Shown: in pieces, positions 43,153 to 51,861 of the stretch | Layout of the letters: every line of letters begins with the position of its first letter | Position numbering within the stretch: the stretch's first letter is position 1 | IMG/VR virus record: IMGVR_UViG_3300048848_000129 | Location: 4,996 to 68,995 of that record | DNA length: 64,000 bases | Direction: 5' to 3' (one strand) | DNA from: a virus | Program-made: the position numbers and the translations under genes | Notes under the pieces: generated by a model | Seen by the model: only the letters and a program-made list of their open reading frames with translations | What the model was told of the DNA's origin: nothing | Database searches by the model: none

Positions 43153-43695
43153 TCATGGGGCAGCTGCCAGGTCGATGACGGGTGTTGCGTTCAGGCGCTC
43201 CAGGGCCCAGGCGGCGGCGCGGCGGTAGCGCGCCGGCTCGCCGCGGTCGTGCACGATGCGGCGCCACTCGTCGACCTGGGCGCCGTGCGCGGCCATGAAG
43301 GCCTGCAGCTTCTGGGCGGCCGGCGCGGCGCCCTGGTCCAACCAGCGGTGGTGCGCATCGCCCAGCCAGGCGCTGTAGTGGTCGTCGGCCCTGCGGGCGC
43401 CGGCCTTGCCGTGCACAGACAGGTTGCTGTGGGCGGCTACGGTGCTCTCTGGGTGACACAGGCGCTGGCCGGTCAGCGTGCACAGCAGGCAGGTGCGGCC
43501 GCGGGCCATCTCCAGCAGTGCCGGGTTGCGGGCTGCCACGGTCTTCGGTACCGGGGTGGTGGTGGCCGGGCCCATGGTGGCGGCGCGGCCGCGGGTGCTG
43601 GCCAGTACGCGGCGGTTCCGGCCTTGCTTCTCGCGGCGGGCCTGCGCGGCTTCGTCGCGGCTCTGCGCGGCCCGGGCGGGGTTCGACCGCAGCAT
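43153..43695 (-). CDS. DUF1364-like Zn/HNH-fold nuclease-domain protein
   Basis: LLEMARGRTCLLC..TVAAHSN..HGK..DD..HHRWLD. Confidence 0.7.
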   Translation of the reverse strand: MLRSNPARAAQSRDEAAQARREKQGRNRRVLASTRGRAATMGPATTTPVPKTVAARNPALLEMARGRTCLLCTLTGQRLCHPESTVAAHSNLSVHGKAGARRADDHYSAWLGDAHHRWLDQGAAPAAQKLQAFMAAHGAQVDEWRRIVHDRGEPARYRRAAAWALERLNATPVIDLAAAP

Positions 43696-43886
43696 CAGCG
43701 GTGGTCCTTGCAGAAGAAGAACAGGCCGCTGCGCGATCGCTCGCCGCCCTTCTCCGGTACTGCCTTGCCGCAGGGGCCGCACCAGGCCATGCCCTTGGGG
43801 ATCTCGCGGCGCACGACGTTCATGGGAACGACCTGGCGCCGACGCGCGGGCGGCGTGATCGCGGGTGCTTTGCGTTTGGCGGCCAT
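43695..43886 (-). CDS. Small Cys/His protein
   Basis: WCGPCG...FFCKDH; coupled to its neighbours. Confidence 0.55.
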   Translation of the reverse strand: MAAKRKAPAITPPARRRQVVPMNVVRREIPKGMAWCGPCGKAVPEKGGERSRSGLFFFCKDHR

Positions 43887-43888
43887 GA

Positions 43889-44209
43889 TCAGCCCTCCTT
43901 CTCTGGGAAAACGACGTTGTGGTCCATGACTCCGAAGGCAGTCACGGCGTGCAGGAACAGGCGGATGCCGTCATCGGGGACGTTCTTCAGGCTGGGCGGG
44001 TCGATCAGCTCGCCCTCCTCCGTGAACTGCGGCCCCAGAAACTGCTTGGTCAGGTAGAGCTTCCAGAACTCTTTGGTGCAGCGCGTGCGCATGTCGTCGC
44101 GGCCCGGCACCAGCACCAGCACCTGGTCGCTGAAGGCTTCCAGCACCGGGCCGTGGAAGGCGCGCAGCAGCTGGACGCGCGATGCGCGGGCTGGTGCAAG
44201 GGCGCTCAA
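43889..44209 (-). CDS. NinB-like protein
   Basis: TTG start overlapping the upstream stop; FHGPVL..SDQV..EFWKLYL..QFLG..SL. Confidence 0.5.
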   Translation of the reverse strand: MSALAPARASRVQLLRAFHGPVLEAFSDQVLVLVPGRDDMRTRCTKEFWKLYLTKQFLGPQFTEEGELIDPPSLKNVPDDGIRLFLHAVTAFGVMDHNVVFPEKEG

Positions 44210-44412
44210 GTCGCCACCTCGAACAGCGGAATCTGGGGCGTGGCGCGTGCGCGGCGCGCCATGCGGCCGGTCGCGGTGCGGCGGTTCGGCCGGCCGAGTT
44301 CGCCGAACTGCAGCAGCTCGGCGCACTTCGGGCCTGCGACGACCTTGGCGCCGGCGATGGCCACCTCCACGCCTGGGCGAAAGAGCATGCGGCCGCAGCG
44401 CGCACAGCGCAT
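44206..44412 (-). CDS. Small Zn-binding protein
   Basis: MRCARCGR...GPKCA. Confidence 0.6.
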   Translation of the reverse strand: MRCARCGRMLFRPGVEVAIAGAKVVAGPKCAELLQFGELGRPNRRTATGRMARRARATPQIPLFEVAT

Positions 44413-44879
44413 CAGGCCACCTCCAGCAGCGAGGCCTGCGGCTGCGCGATGACCAGCGGCGTGATCGAGATCACCACGCGCGCCTCGCCGTCGGGCTCCA
44501 TGCGCTGCTTCTCGCCCTGCCACACCCACTTGTCATCGGTGTAGAGGACACCCTGCAGGGCGTCGCCCAGCACCTTTTCGGCGTTGCCAAGGTCGATGCA
44601 GCGGACATCGTCGTCCCAGTTCGTCGGGTTCAGGCGCTGGCGGCGCGCGTAGTCCTGCGGCCGCTGCGGGTAGAGCTTCAGGTCCAGGCGCAGGCGCTGC
44701 TCGAACGGCTGCTTGAGGCCGGCGGCCTTGGCAATCCAGGCGACCTGGTCGCGGTAGGTCTGGGCCTCCGGCGTGATGTAGGTCATGGCCATCCACTTGC
44801 CGGTGGCCTTCGCCTTGATGACGCGCGTGGCCCAGTAGCGATTGGCACTGATCGGGTATGGCAAGGTGAGCGTGATCAC
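44412..44879 (-). CDS. rusA: RusA-family Holliday junction resolvase
   Basis: LPYPISANRYW; DLGNAEKVLGDALQGVLYTDDKWV. Confidence 0.88.
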   Translation of the reverse strand: MITLTLPYPISANRYWATRVIKAKATGKWMAMTYITPEAQTYRDQVAWIAKAAGLKQPFEQRLRLDLKLYPQRPQDYARRQRLNPTNWDDDVRCIDLGNAEKVLGDALQGVLYTDDKWVWQGEKQRMEPDGEARVVISITPLVIAQPQASLLEVA

Positions 44880-45151
44880 TTCGGTGCTCCCTGAAGGACG
44901 CGGCGGTCGACGTCGATCTCTTCCGCCTTGGGGTTGGGGCGCATGCCGCGGAACTGGCCCGGGCCCAGGGTCACGCGCTGCAGCAGTGGGAACGGCCAGG
45001 CCGGGGGCGTGACGCGCAGGCGTACCACCTCGCGGCCCGCCTCCACGTCGACCAGCGCCTCGCCGAAGCTCCACCCGTTGAGCCGCCCGCCGACGATCCG
45101 GCCGCTCTCGGGCACGGAGCGCGTGGGCAGCTGCTGCAGCGCGGTGGCCAT
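44876..45151 (-). CDS. Hypothetical protein
   Basis: Tightly packed ORF in the operon. Confidence 0.55.
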   Translation of the reverse strand: MATALQQLPTRSVPESGRIVGGRLNGWSFGEALVDVEAGREVVRLRVTPPAWPFPLLQRVTLGPGQFRGMRPNPKAEEIDVDRRVLQGAPK

Positions 45152-45153
45152 GC

Positions 45154-45858
45154 TCAGTGCGGCAGGCCGGCGGACTCGGCCAGCGCGGCCTCGGGCGTGC
45201 CGGCCGCGAAGCCGCCGGCGCCCTTCTTCTCTTCCCTGATCGGGAACGGGTTCTCGGCCTGCGCGGCCGCGGACTTCTTGCCGCCCTTGGCCTTGGGCGT
45301 CGGCGCGGGCGTCGGATCCTCGATGTCGGACTGGCCGTCGTCGACGACCGGGCCCAGCAGCAGCACCTGCACCTCGCGCGACTTCAGCTTCGGCAGCTTG
45401 CCGGCGATCGCCTCCGACACGTCGGGCGCGTCCAGCTTGAACTTCATCAGGACGGACCCGCCCTCCTTCGGCTGGAACGAGAAGCCGTAGACGGTGCAGT
45501 CCAGCAGCTCGAGGTTGCTGCCGCTGGCCGCGCCCATGCCGTAGTCGATGGTCAGCCGCATGCCCGTGAACTCCTGCGCCCAGGGCAGGCGCTTCACGTG
45601 CGCACCGATGCCGGTCAGGTTCGGCAGGTCGGTCACGGCCATGCCGTCGAACTCGCCTTGCTTCTTCGGCGAGGCCGCCGACTTCGTGTACAGCGTGCTG
45701 CGCAGGTGGCCATCGAACATCGACAGCACGTCGTTGCTGATGGTCATCTCGAACTTCAGAGCCTGGCCCGGGTTCTCGTCAGGGTCGCGGTCCTTCTGCG
45801 ACAGCGTCGCGTGGTCCAGCAGCTTGGCCTTGGTGAAGGTTTCAAGTTCAAAGGGCAC
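45154..45858 (-). CDS. Conserved phage hypothetical protein (234 aa)
   Basis: GGAG RBS; strong codon bias; PKEGGSV motif. Confidence 0.7.
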   Translation of the reverse strand: MPFELETFTKAKLLDHATLSQKDRDPDENPGQALKFEMTISNDVLSMFDGHLRSTLYTKSAASPKKQGEFDGMAVTDLPNLTGIGAHVKRLPWAQEFTGMRLTIDYGMGAASGSNLELLDCTVYGFSFQPKEGGSVLMKFKLDAPDVSEAIAGKLPKLKSREVQVLLLGPVVDDGQSDIEDPTPAPTPKAKGGKKSAAAQAENPFPIREEKKGAGGFAAGTPEAALAESAGLPH

Positions 45859-46066
45859 GGGGTTCTCCTGTGGTGGTGGTTGCAGGGGTGGCGGGATAGA
45901 AATCGATGGCGTGCACGACGTCGGCCGTCATGCGGTGTAGGCCGCCGTGCTCATCGGTCACGGTGCAGCCGCGGCCCAGGGGCTCGTGGCGCTTGATGGG
46001 CTTCATGACGATGGCCACGACCGGCCGGGTGCCGTGCTTGGTGCCGGGCGGCAGATCGGGGCTCAC
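45848..46066 (-). CDS. Small hypothetical protein
   Basis: GTGA coupling to the dnaB stop. Confidence 0.4.
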   Translation of the reverse strand: MSPDLPPGTKHGTRPVVAIVMKPIKRHEPLGRGCTVTDEHGGLHRMTADVVHAIDFYPATPATTTTGEPRAL

Positions 46067-47511
46067 AGGTCGCCGCCTTTCGAGGCCTTGCCGCCGGTGC
46101 GCACCAGGCTGCTGGGCAGCTCGGTCTCCTTGGGCCAGTTCATGAACCGCGTGTTCTCGCCGACGTACATCAGATCCAGCTGACCGGGCTCGCCGTCGCG
46201 GACCTTTGCGACGGCCACCTTGGCGTGGTATTTCCACTCGTCCGCCAAGCCGGCCTTCGCGACGAACTCGCGGTGCACGAACAGCACGATGTCGGCGTCC
46301 TGCTCGATGGAGCCCGAGTCCCGCAGGTCGGAGAGCATCGGCATCTGGTCGACGCGCTCCTCGACCTTGCGGTTCACCTGGGCCAGCAGCAGCACCGGCA
46401 CGTTGAGTTCCTTCGCCAGCGTCTTCAGGCCCTTCGTGGCCTCCTCGATCTGGTAGGCCCGCTGCTGCTTCGGATCGGTGCCCGACATCAAGCCGAGGTA
46501 GTCCACCACCAGCACGCCCAGCTGGCCCTGCCGGCGCGCCAGGCCGCGCGCGCGGGCCCGGATCTGGTTGATGTTGAGGTTGCCCGTGTCCGTCACGAAG
46601 AACGGTACGCGCCGGATGTTCTCGACGGATTCCGTGATGGCCGGCCAGTCGTAGTCGCGCAGGCGCTCGGCGCGCTTCAGCCTCGACAGGTGGATGTGCG
46701 AGCGCAGGGACAGCTGGCGCTTGTAGACCTGCTGCTTCGGCATCTCCATGGAGAAGAAGCCGGCCGGCTTGCGCAGGCCAGCGATGTGGTCCGCGATGCA
46801 CAGGGCCAGCGCCGTCTTTCCCATGCGCGGCCGCGCGGCCAGCACGATCAGCTCGCCGCCCCGCAAGCCGCCGTTCAGCCGCTCGTCCAGGTCGTGCAGG
46901 CCGGTGGGCGTGTAGTCCGGTTCGGCGGTGCCTTCGGCCTGGGCGTTGATGCTGTCGATCAGCTCGACCATGCCGGCCTCTGCGCCCTGCCAGTCGTCGT
47001 GGGCGGCGACGCGGCTCTCCGCGATCGCGAACACCTTGGCCTGGGCGGCGTCGACCACCTCGTCGACCGTCTTCCCTTCAGGCGAGAACGCAAGCGTGGC
47101 GATCTCGTCGCTGGCGGTGACCAGGCCTCGCAGCAGCGCGCGCTCGCGCACGATCTCGGCGTAGCGGCGGACATTGGCCGCGTTCGGCACCTCGTTGGCC
47201 AGGCGGCCCAGGTAACCGATGCCGCCGACCTCCTCGGCCTTGCCCTGGCGCTCCAGCTGCTCGAGCACCGTGGTCACGTCGGCCGGCTTGTTGGCGTTGC
47301 ACAGGTCGCGGATCGCCGCGAAGACCAGCCGGTGCTCGTGCCGGTAGAAGTCGCTGTCCTTGAGCACGTCGCCGACGCGGTCCCACGCGATGCCGCTGTC
47401 CAGCAGCAGGCCGCCCAGCACGTTGGACTCGGCCTGGTTGTTGTGCGGCGGCACGCGCAGCATGGCCAGGGCCGGGTCCTCGGGCATGTCGAACTCGTCG
47501 CGCGCTGTCAT
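46063..47511 (-). CDS. dnaB: Replicative DNA helicase DnaB (phage-encoded)
   Basis: PPHNNQAESNVLGGLLL; AARPRMGKT; VVDYLGL; LAQVNR; DLRDSGSIEQDAD. Confidence 0.95.
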   Translation of the reverse strand: MTARDEFDMPEDPALAMLRVPPHNNQAESNVLGGLLLDSGIAWDRVGDVLKDSDFYRHEHRLVFAAIRDLCNANKPADVTTVLEQLERQGKAEEVGGIGYLGRLANEVPNAANVRRYAEIVRERALLRGLVTASDEIATLAFSPEGKTVDEVVDAAQAKVFAIAESRVAAHDDWQGAEAGMVELIDSINAQAEGTAEPDYTPTGLHDLDERLNGGLRGGELIVLAARPRMGKTALALCIADHIAGLRKPAGFFSMEMPKQQVYKRQLSLRSHIHLSRLKRAERLRDYDWPAITESVENIRRVPFFVTDTGNLNINQIRARARGLARRQGQLGVLVVDYLGLMSGTDPKQQRAYQIEEATKGLKTLAKELNVPVLLLAQVNRKVEERVDQMPMLSDLRDSGSIEQDADIVLFVHREFVAKAGLADEWKYHAKVAVAKVRDGEPGQLDLMYVGENTRFMNWPKETELPSSLVRTGGKASKGGDL

Positions 47512-48482
47512 GCAGCCTCCCGTGTTTTCTCGATGACGTGCTTCATCCCGCGATCGGTCAGCAGGAAGTCGAGGTCGCATTGCCAGTTGGCGTGCTCGCC
47601 GGTGCGTGGATTGCGCCCCATCAGGAAGTCGTTCTCGCGGGCCCGGTCGAAGTAGTCGCGCGCCCAGCTCAGCGCCTCCTCAGCGGTCTGCGCCCGGCGT
47701 GAGCCGTCACCCTTGGACGAGGTCAGCACCCAGCGCCAGAACTTCGAGATTGCCGCCTTGCGCTTCTCCGGCATGAGCCTGCAGCGCGGCAGCTCGGGCA
47801 GCACCTCGTGGTACAGGTCGACCACAGCCTGCGTCTGGCAGGTCGGCAGCGCCGCTGGCGACGAAGAAGCCGAAGGCTTCTCTTCTATAAGTTGTCCCTG
47901 TCCCTGTCCCTCTCCCTGTCCCTTGGAGTGCGTTTCCCCGGGGACAACTCGGGGACCGTCCCCACCATGTCCCGGGGACATCGGTTTCCTGTCCTCGGGG
48001 ACAGGGAGCGCATGTCCCTGGGGACGTCCGAAAGACAACCAGGCTTCGAAGTCGGGCATGAGCACTGCCACCTCGCCTTCCAGGTGGTGCCGCTGGTTGT
48101 GCTTCTTCACCCGGCTGGCCTCGGTGCGCCAGCGCTGCTCCAGCTTGCCGCGCCAGGCCTCGTTGGCCTTCTCGGCCACCACGGCGTGGTACAGCCGGCC
48201 GTCGTCGCACTTCACCCAGCCGCGCAGCGCGCCCTCGCGTTCCTTCAGCCACTCCTTCACCACGCGGCCATAGCCCGCGAGGTTGGCCAGCACGCGATCG
48301 TCGTCGGGCAGGCTGGCGGCGGGCAGCTGGTGCCAACTCGCACACCAGAGCAGCACCGCAGCCCGGAAGCCCTCGGCCGTCTCCGTGGCCGCCAGGTCAG
48401 AATCGCGCAGGCGAACCACGTCCAACGGCATGAAGGCGAAGTCCCGCAGGTCGCAGTCGGCGGGCGTGAGCGGCTGTGGCAC
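47508..48482 (-). CDS. Replication initiator, DUF1376/YdaU-like
   Basis: DCDLRDFAFMPLDV.RLRDS; LWCASWHQLPAASLPDDD; internal iterons; C-terminal W.CDLDFLL. Confidence 0.85.
   Translation of the reverse strand: MPQPLTPADCDLRDFAFMPLDVVRLRDSDLAATETAEGFRAAVLLWCASWHQLPAASLPDDDRVLANLAGYGRVVKEWLKEREGALRGWVKCDDGRLYHAVVAEKANEAWRGKLEQRWRTEASRVKKHNQRHHLEGEVAVLMPDFEAWLSFGRPQGHALPVPEDRKPMSPGHGGDGPRVVPGETHSKGQGEGQGQGQLIEEKPSASSSPAALPTCQTQAVVDLYHEVLPELPRCRLMPEKRKAAISKFWRWVLTSSKGDGSRRAQTAEEALSWARDYFDRARENDFLMGRNPRTGEHANWQCDLDFLLTDRGMKHVIEKTREAA
47893..48026. repeat. Iteron array / probable replication origin
   Basis: Four near-palindromes of type TGTCCC(N)GGGGACA at 47933, 47968, 47990 and 48013, plus TGTCCC hexamer repeats, inside the initiator gene. 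Confidence 0.75.
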
Positions 48483-48670
48483 TACGCGCCCTGCCCTTCC
48501 ACCTTCCGCTCGGCCAGCGCCTCACCGGCGGCCTGCTGCCATACCGCGTGATGGTCGGTGTGCGCTTCGTAGGGGTTCAGCGCAGCGCGACCCTGCTGCG
48601 CGACAGCGATGGCGGCGTGCGCGCGGATGCGGTCGACCGGCGCGATGCCGTGCGGATGCGGCGCGGTCAT
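48482..48670 (-). CDS. Small hypothetical protein
   Basis: Coupled ORF with an NPY..W motif. Confidence 0.55.
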   Translation of the reverse strand: MTAPHPHGIAPVDRIRAHAAIAVAQQGRAALNPYEAHTDHHAVWQQAAGEALAERKVEGQGA

Positions 48671-48978
48671 CGCGCTGTCCCCCCAGGCCCCGACACTTTT
48701 CCGGCCCGACCGGTGACACGGCGGATCTGCTGGACCGCAATACTGGCCATATGGTCTTCACCCCACACGGCGACACGCAGGCACAGGCGCACGAAGTCGG
48801 GCATCTGCATGCCCATCTCGACCGCCGTGGCGCGCAAGCGCTCCATCGTGGCGCCGTCCATGCGGGTCTCGTCGATCTTGTCGTCCAGCTTCCCGAACGC
48901 GGCACCGAAGATCGCCTTGCTGGCCATCGGGAGGTCATCGTCCTGGGAAGCGTGCAGCTGGTGCTCGAATGTGTTCAT
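48667..48978 (-). CDS. CII-position regulator (ribbon-helix-helix-like)
   Basis: ERLRATAVEMGMQMPDFVR; downstream of cro and a terminator. Confidence 0.55.
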   Translation of the reverse strand: MNTFEHQLHASQDDDLPMASKAIFGAAFGKLDDKIDETRMDGATMERLRATAVEMGMQMPDFVRLCLRVAVWGEDHMASIAVQQIRRVTGRAGKVSGPGGTAR

Positions 48979-48998
48979 GGCTGGTGGCGGGTGTGTTG

Positions 48999-49025
48999 AA
49001 AGGGCCCGGAGCCGAAGCCCCGGGC
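48999..49025 (-). terminator. tR-like hairpin terminator
   Basis: GCCCGGGGC-TTCG-GCTCCGGGC then CCTTTC; cUUCGg loop. Confidence 0.55.
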
Positions 49026-49191
49026 AAAGCGCCGCTGCAGGGAGGAGGAGGAAGTCAGAAAACCCAGCGGCGCGAACTCAGGCGGCGCGGTAAAGGCGCG
49101 CGCCATGTGTCAGGTCCCCGGGTGCGGGGGCGCCCGCCCCTTCCCGCATACGATGGAAGCTCCTACACAGCCATCACGAGAAGGGGCGGAC

Positions 49192-49518
49192 ATGAACAAC
49201 GACCAGCTCATTGCGTTCGTCGAAGCAACGCAAGAAGCAATGCTGAAACAGCAACAACTGCTTCAAGCCCAAGGCCATCAGATCGTCGGTCTTCACTCGA
49301 AGCTTTCGGCGGTTCGACACTTGGCATATGCGCTCGCCGAGTCCCACCCGAACCCGCACCTTGTGCAAGACAGGTACTTGAGCCTGATGGACCGCGTCGC
49401 GGACAGGCTCCAGCCGGAAATGGCCCAAGTGTTTCAAGACGACATGCAAGTCGTCCTGCGCGAGCTGCTTGCATTGCGCCCGGGGCGAAGCGGGAGTGCA
49501 CCCCATCCCACTGCTTGA
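49192..49518 (+). CDS. Hypothetical protein antisense to the early right operon
   Basis: TACGAT -10-like box and GAAGGGG RBS; helical 108-aa ORF. Confidence 0.6.
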   Translation: MNNDQLIAFVEATQEAMLKQQQLLQAQGHQIVGLHSKLSAVRHLAYALAESHPNPHLVQDRYLSLMDRVADRLQPEMAQVFQDDMQVVLRELLALRPGRSGSAPHPTA

Positions 49519-49640
49519 GCTTTGCGATCTGCTGCTCCGACGCAGCGGCCCAGGTCCGCATGTCTCGGTCGAAGTCGGCGATGGCGGACTTCAGCGCCTC
49601 TGCTTCGAGCCGCGGTCGCATGAACCGTCTGCGCTGCATC

Positions 49641-49979
49641 TCAGGCCCCCACTTCGGTGGCCGGGGCCGCAGCCGGCGTGTCGAGGGCCGAGGGCGTGCC
49701 CTCTTGGGGCCGCGCGACGTCGACAAGCGGGCGGCCTTCTGGGTGTGGCCAATCGGGATCCGGGATGCGTACCCAGCGCGTTGAAATGCCGAACCGTTCG
49801 ACATTCACCTTGCCGACGGTCCCACGCTCGATAGCGGCCATCTGGTCGGTCGGGATCGGCCGCAGATCCTTGACCCATTGGTTGACCATCGAAGGGCTCA
49901 CTCCCAAGAAGCGTGCAAGCTCTGCTTGGCTCTTGAAGTACTGGATTGCTTCCGTGAGAGGAGGGGTTTGCTCATGCAT
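49641..49979 (-). CDS. cro: Cro-like (YdaS family) regulator
   Basis: AIQYFKSQAELARFLGVSPSMVNQW..RPIP HTH; divergent from cI. Confidence 0.88.
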   Translation of the reverse strand: MHEQTPPLTEAIQYFKSQAELARFLGVSPSMVNQWVKDLRPIPTDQMAAIERGTVGKVNVERFGISTRWVRIPDPDWPHPEGRPLVDVARPQEGTPSALDTPAAAPATEVGA

Positions 49980-49985
49980 GCGGAC

Positions 49986-50050
49986 ACTGTAGCACTGCTA
50001 CACGTGGACATCAAGCCATGCTTCATGCCACCATCGTTAGCATTGCTTCA
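49986..50050. promoter_or_regulatory. OR region: three operators and PR
   Basis: TGTAGCACTGCTACA (49988), TCAAGCCATGCTTCA (50011), GTTAGCATTGCTTCA (50036); minus-strand TTGATG-17-TACAGT just before the cro ATG. Confidence 0.8.
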
Positions 50051-50051
50051 T

Positions 50052-50570
50052 ATGCACGACGAGGTAGAAGTTGAAGCCGCGAACCTCGCGGAGAGGTTTC
50101 AGCCAACGGTTGGGGAGCGGGTGTCGCAAGCGCAGTTCGCCCGCCAATTCGACGTCCCTGGTGGCGCGTCGATGGTCACCCAGCACATTAAGGGCACTCG
50201 ACCGATCAGTTTCGAGGCTGCGATCGCCTACGCTCGCGGTTTCAATGTCCCGCTGCACCAGATCAGCCAGCGCGCGGCCAATCTCTGGCATGCCGCGTCG
50301 GAGGTGATGGGCAGCAGCTCGAACGACACCCGCAAGGTGCACCAGCTCAACAGGTCCATCGGCACCCGAGACGCCTTGATGGCGCTGTGGGAGGCGGCAT
50401 CCCACCACGATGCCGATCACCGCGAAGGCGTCGCGCAGCTCGTCAAGAGCATGCTGAAGAACACTACGGACAGAGCCGCTGCAGAGCAGGCCGCAGACAA
50501 CATAGACCGCCTGCTAGCGCCTCCGCCTTCTCAAGCCTCCGCCTCCCAGAGCACAGCAAACGGTCGATGA
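50052..50570 (+). CDS. cI: CI-like repressor (HTH), no S24 peptidase domain seen
   Basis: SQAQFARQF..GGASMVTQHIKGTRPISFEAAIAYARGFNV.L..IS; divergent from cro. Confidence 0.82.
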   Translation: MHDEVEVEAANLAERFQPTVGERVSQAQFARQFDVPGGASMVTQHIKGTRPISFEAAIAYARGFNVPLHQISQRAANLWHAASEVMGSSSNDTRKVHQLNRSIGTRDALMALWEAASHHDADHREGVAQLVKSMLKNTTDRAAAEQAADNIDRLLAPPPSQASASQSTANGR

Positions 50571-50738
50571 AGGCGCACCAAGCCCTCATCCTTCCATTTG
50601 TGCGCAGACAGTGATGAGCGGCAAGCAATCGCGTCCACAAAGTGGATGACGCAAAGATGTAAGGCAATGGACAAAAGGTCGCGTTTCGCAATGATCGATG
50701 CCCATCCAGCAACACGCGGCTTCACCCGGACCACGCCG

Positions 50739-51362
50739 ATGAATTGGAATGTGCTCACTGCCGCCGTCGTTCTTGTCCTCGCGAGCCCGTGCACGCTCGC
50801 GCAGCTGGTCTACCGCTGCACCGACGCAGCCGGAAAGGTGCAGCTCAGCGACAAGGCCTGCGGCAAGGACGCCGTGGACGGATCTCGGGTCTTGCTGCGG
50901 CCGAACACCTTGGACACGTCCGGCGCCCGCGAGCAGCAGCTGCGCGATGAGAACGCCCAGCTGCGCGAGCAGATGCAGCAGCAGCGCCGGGGCGGCCGCG
51001 CGCAATCGACAGGCCGCACCGAGGCCGATCTGCAGGCCGATCGGTCGAACTCGTACGAATGCAGGCAGGCCCAGCGCGGCCTGGAAGTCGCTGCCAGCTC
51101 CATCACGGCGACGACCGGCGAAGCCAGGCGCGCAGCCGAGCACCGCATGCGCGCCGCTTGCGGCATGCGGGAGCCGACGCAGGTCAACATCTACAACGAA
51201 GCGCCGCGCACGGTCCGTCCCGGAGCGCGCGCGGCTCCCCTTCCCTACTCCCCAGGCAACTACCACCCGGCAGCCGGTGGGTACAACGACGCGCGCGGCA
51301 ACTTCTGCCCGCTGGTCGCAGGCGGGATGCAATGCCCACAGGGCTTCGTTCCAATCAACTAG
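50739..51362 (+). CDS. Secreted DUF4124-domain protein
   Basis: Signal peptide then VYRCTDAAGKVQLSDKAC. Confidence 0.8.
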   Translation: MNWNVLTAAVVLVLASPCTLAQLVYRCTDAAGKVQLSDKACGKDAVDGSRVLLRPNTLDTSGAREQQLRDENAQLREQMQQQRRGGRAQSTGRTEADLQADRSNSYECRQAQRGLEVAASSITATTGEARRAAEHRMRAACGMREPTQVNIYNEAPRTVRPGARAAPLPYSPGNYHPAAGGYNDARGNFCPLVAGGMQCPQGFVPIN

Positions 51363-51640
51363 CGCTCCTCGCCTTCGTTCTCGTGTTTGCCAGCACGCCT
51401 GCGGCGGCTGCCATTGCGCGCGACCGAGCCGAGGTGCGCGCCTTCCGCGCTGACAATCTCTGCCCTGCCACGGGCCGCAAGCGCGGTGCCTGCCCGGGGT
51501 GGCACGTCGATCACGTCATCGCCCTGTGCGCCGGCGGCGCCGATCACCGCAGCAACATGCAGTGGATCACGCGCGAGGATCATCGGTTCAAGACGCTTGT
51601 CGACGTCCGCGAGTGCAGAAAGGCGCGTCGCGCACGCTGA
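51332..51640 (+). CDS. HNH nuclease with an N-terminal signal peptide
   Basis: LALLAFVLVFASTPAAAA; CPATG..CPGWHVDHVIALCAGGADHRSNMQW..H..KT. Confidence 0.8.
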   Translation: MPTGLRSNQLALLAFVLVFASTPAAAAIARDRAEVRAFRADNLCPATGRKRGACPGWHVDHVIALCAGGADHRSNMQWITREDHRFKTLVDVRECRKARRAR

Positions 51641-51663
51641 GTTGAAGCCGCCGTCTCCATGAG

Positions 51664-51688
51664 AAGCCGCCCGTGAGGCGGCTTTTTC
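51664..51688 (+). terminator. Rho-independent terminator ending the cI transcript
   Basis: AAGCCGCC-CGTGA-GGCGGCTT-TTT. Confidence 0.85.
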
Positions 51689-51701
51689 ACGTCCGTGGAA
51701 G

Positions 51702-51760
51702 TTGAGCGCTGCTTGAGCGTAAAGCTTTGCTATTGACGCAACGTGTAGCACTGCTACATT
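51702..51760 (+). promoter_or_regulatory. OL region: three operators and PL
   Basis: TTGAGCGCTGCTTGA (51702), TAAAGCTTTGCTATT (51720), perfect TGTAGCACTGCTACA (51744); TTGACG-16-TACATT. Confidence 0.8.
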
Positions 51761-51861
51761 ACGCAACAGCACGCACCCACCCCAACAGGCCTAGCGACAC
51801 GAGGCCGCAGTCGGACAGGAAGCAGAGACAGGTGGGCGGCCGAAGGCCACGGGCGCGTGCT

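Noticed and set aside
47893-48026. CRISPR-like repeat array
   Set aside because: Repeats are short, intragenic and lack spacer-sized gaps; no cas genes; better explained as iterons.
51803-51848. SRP-RNA-like CAG..AGGAAGCAG text
   Set aside because: The conserved SRP helix-8 stem and tetraloop cannot be formed.
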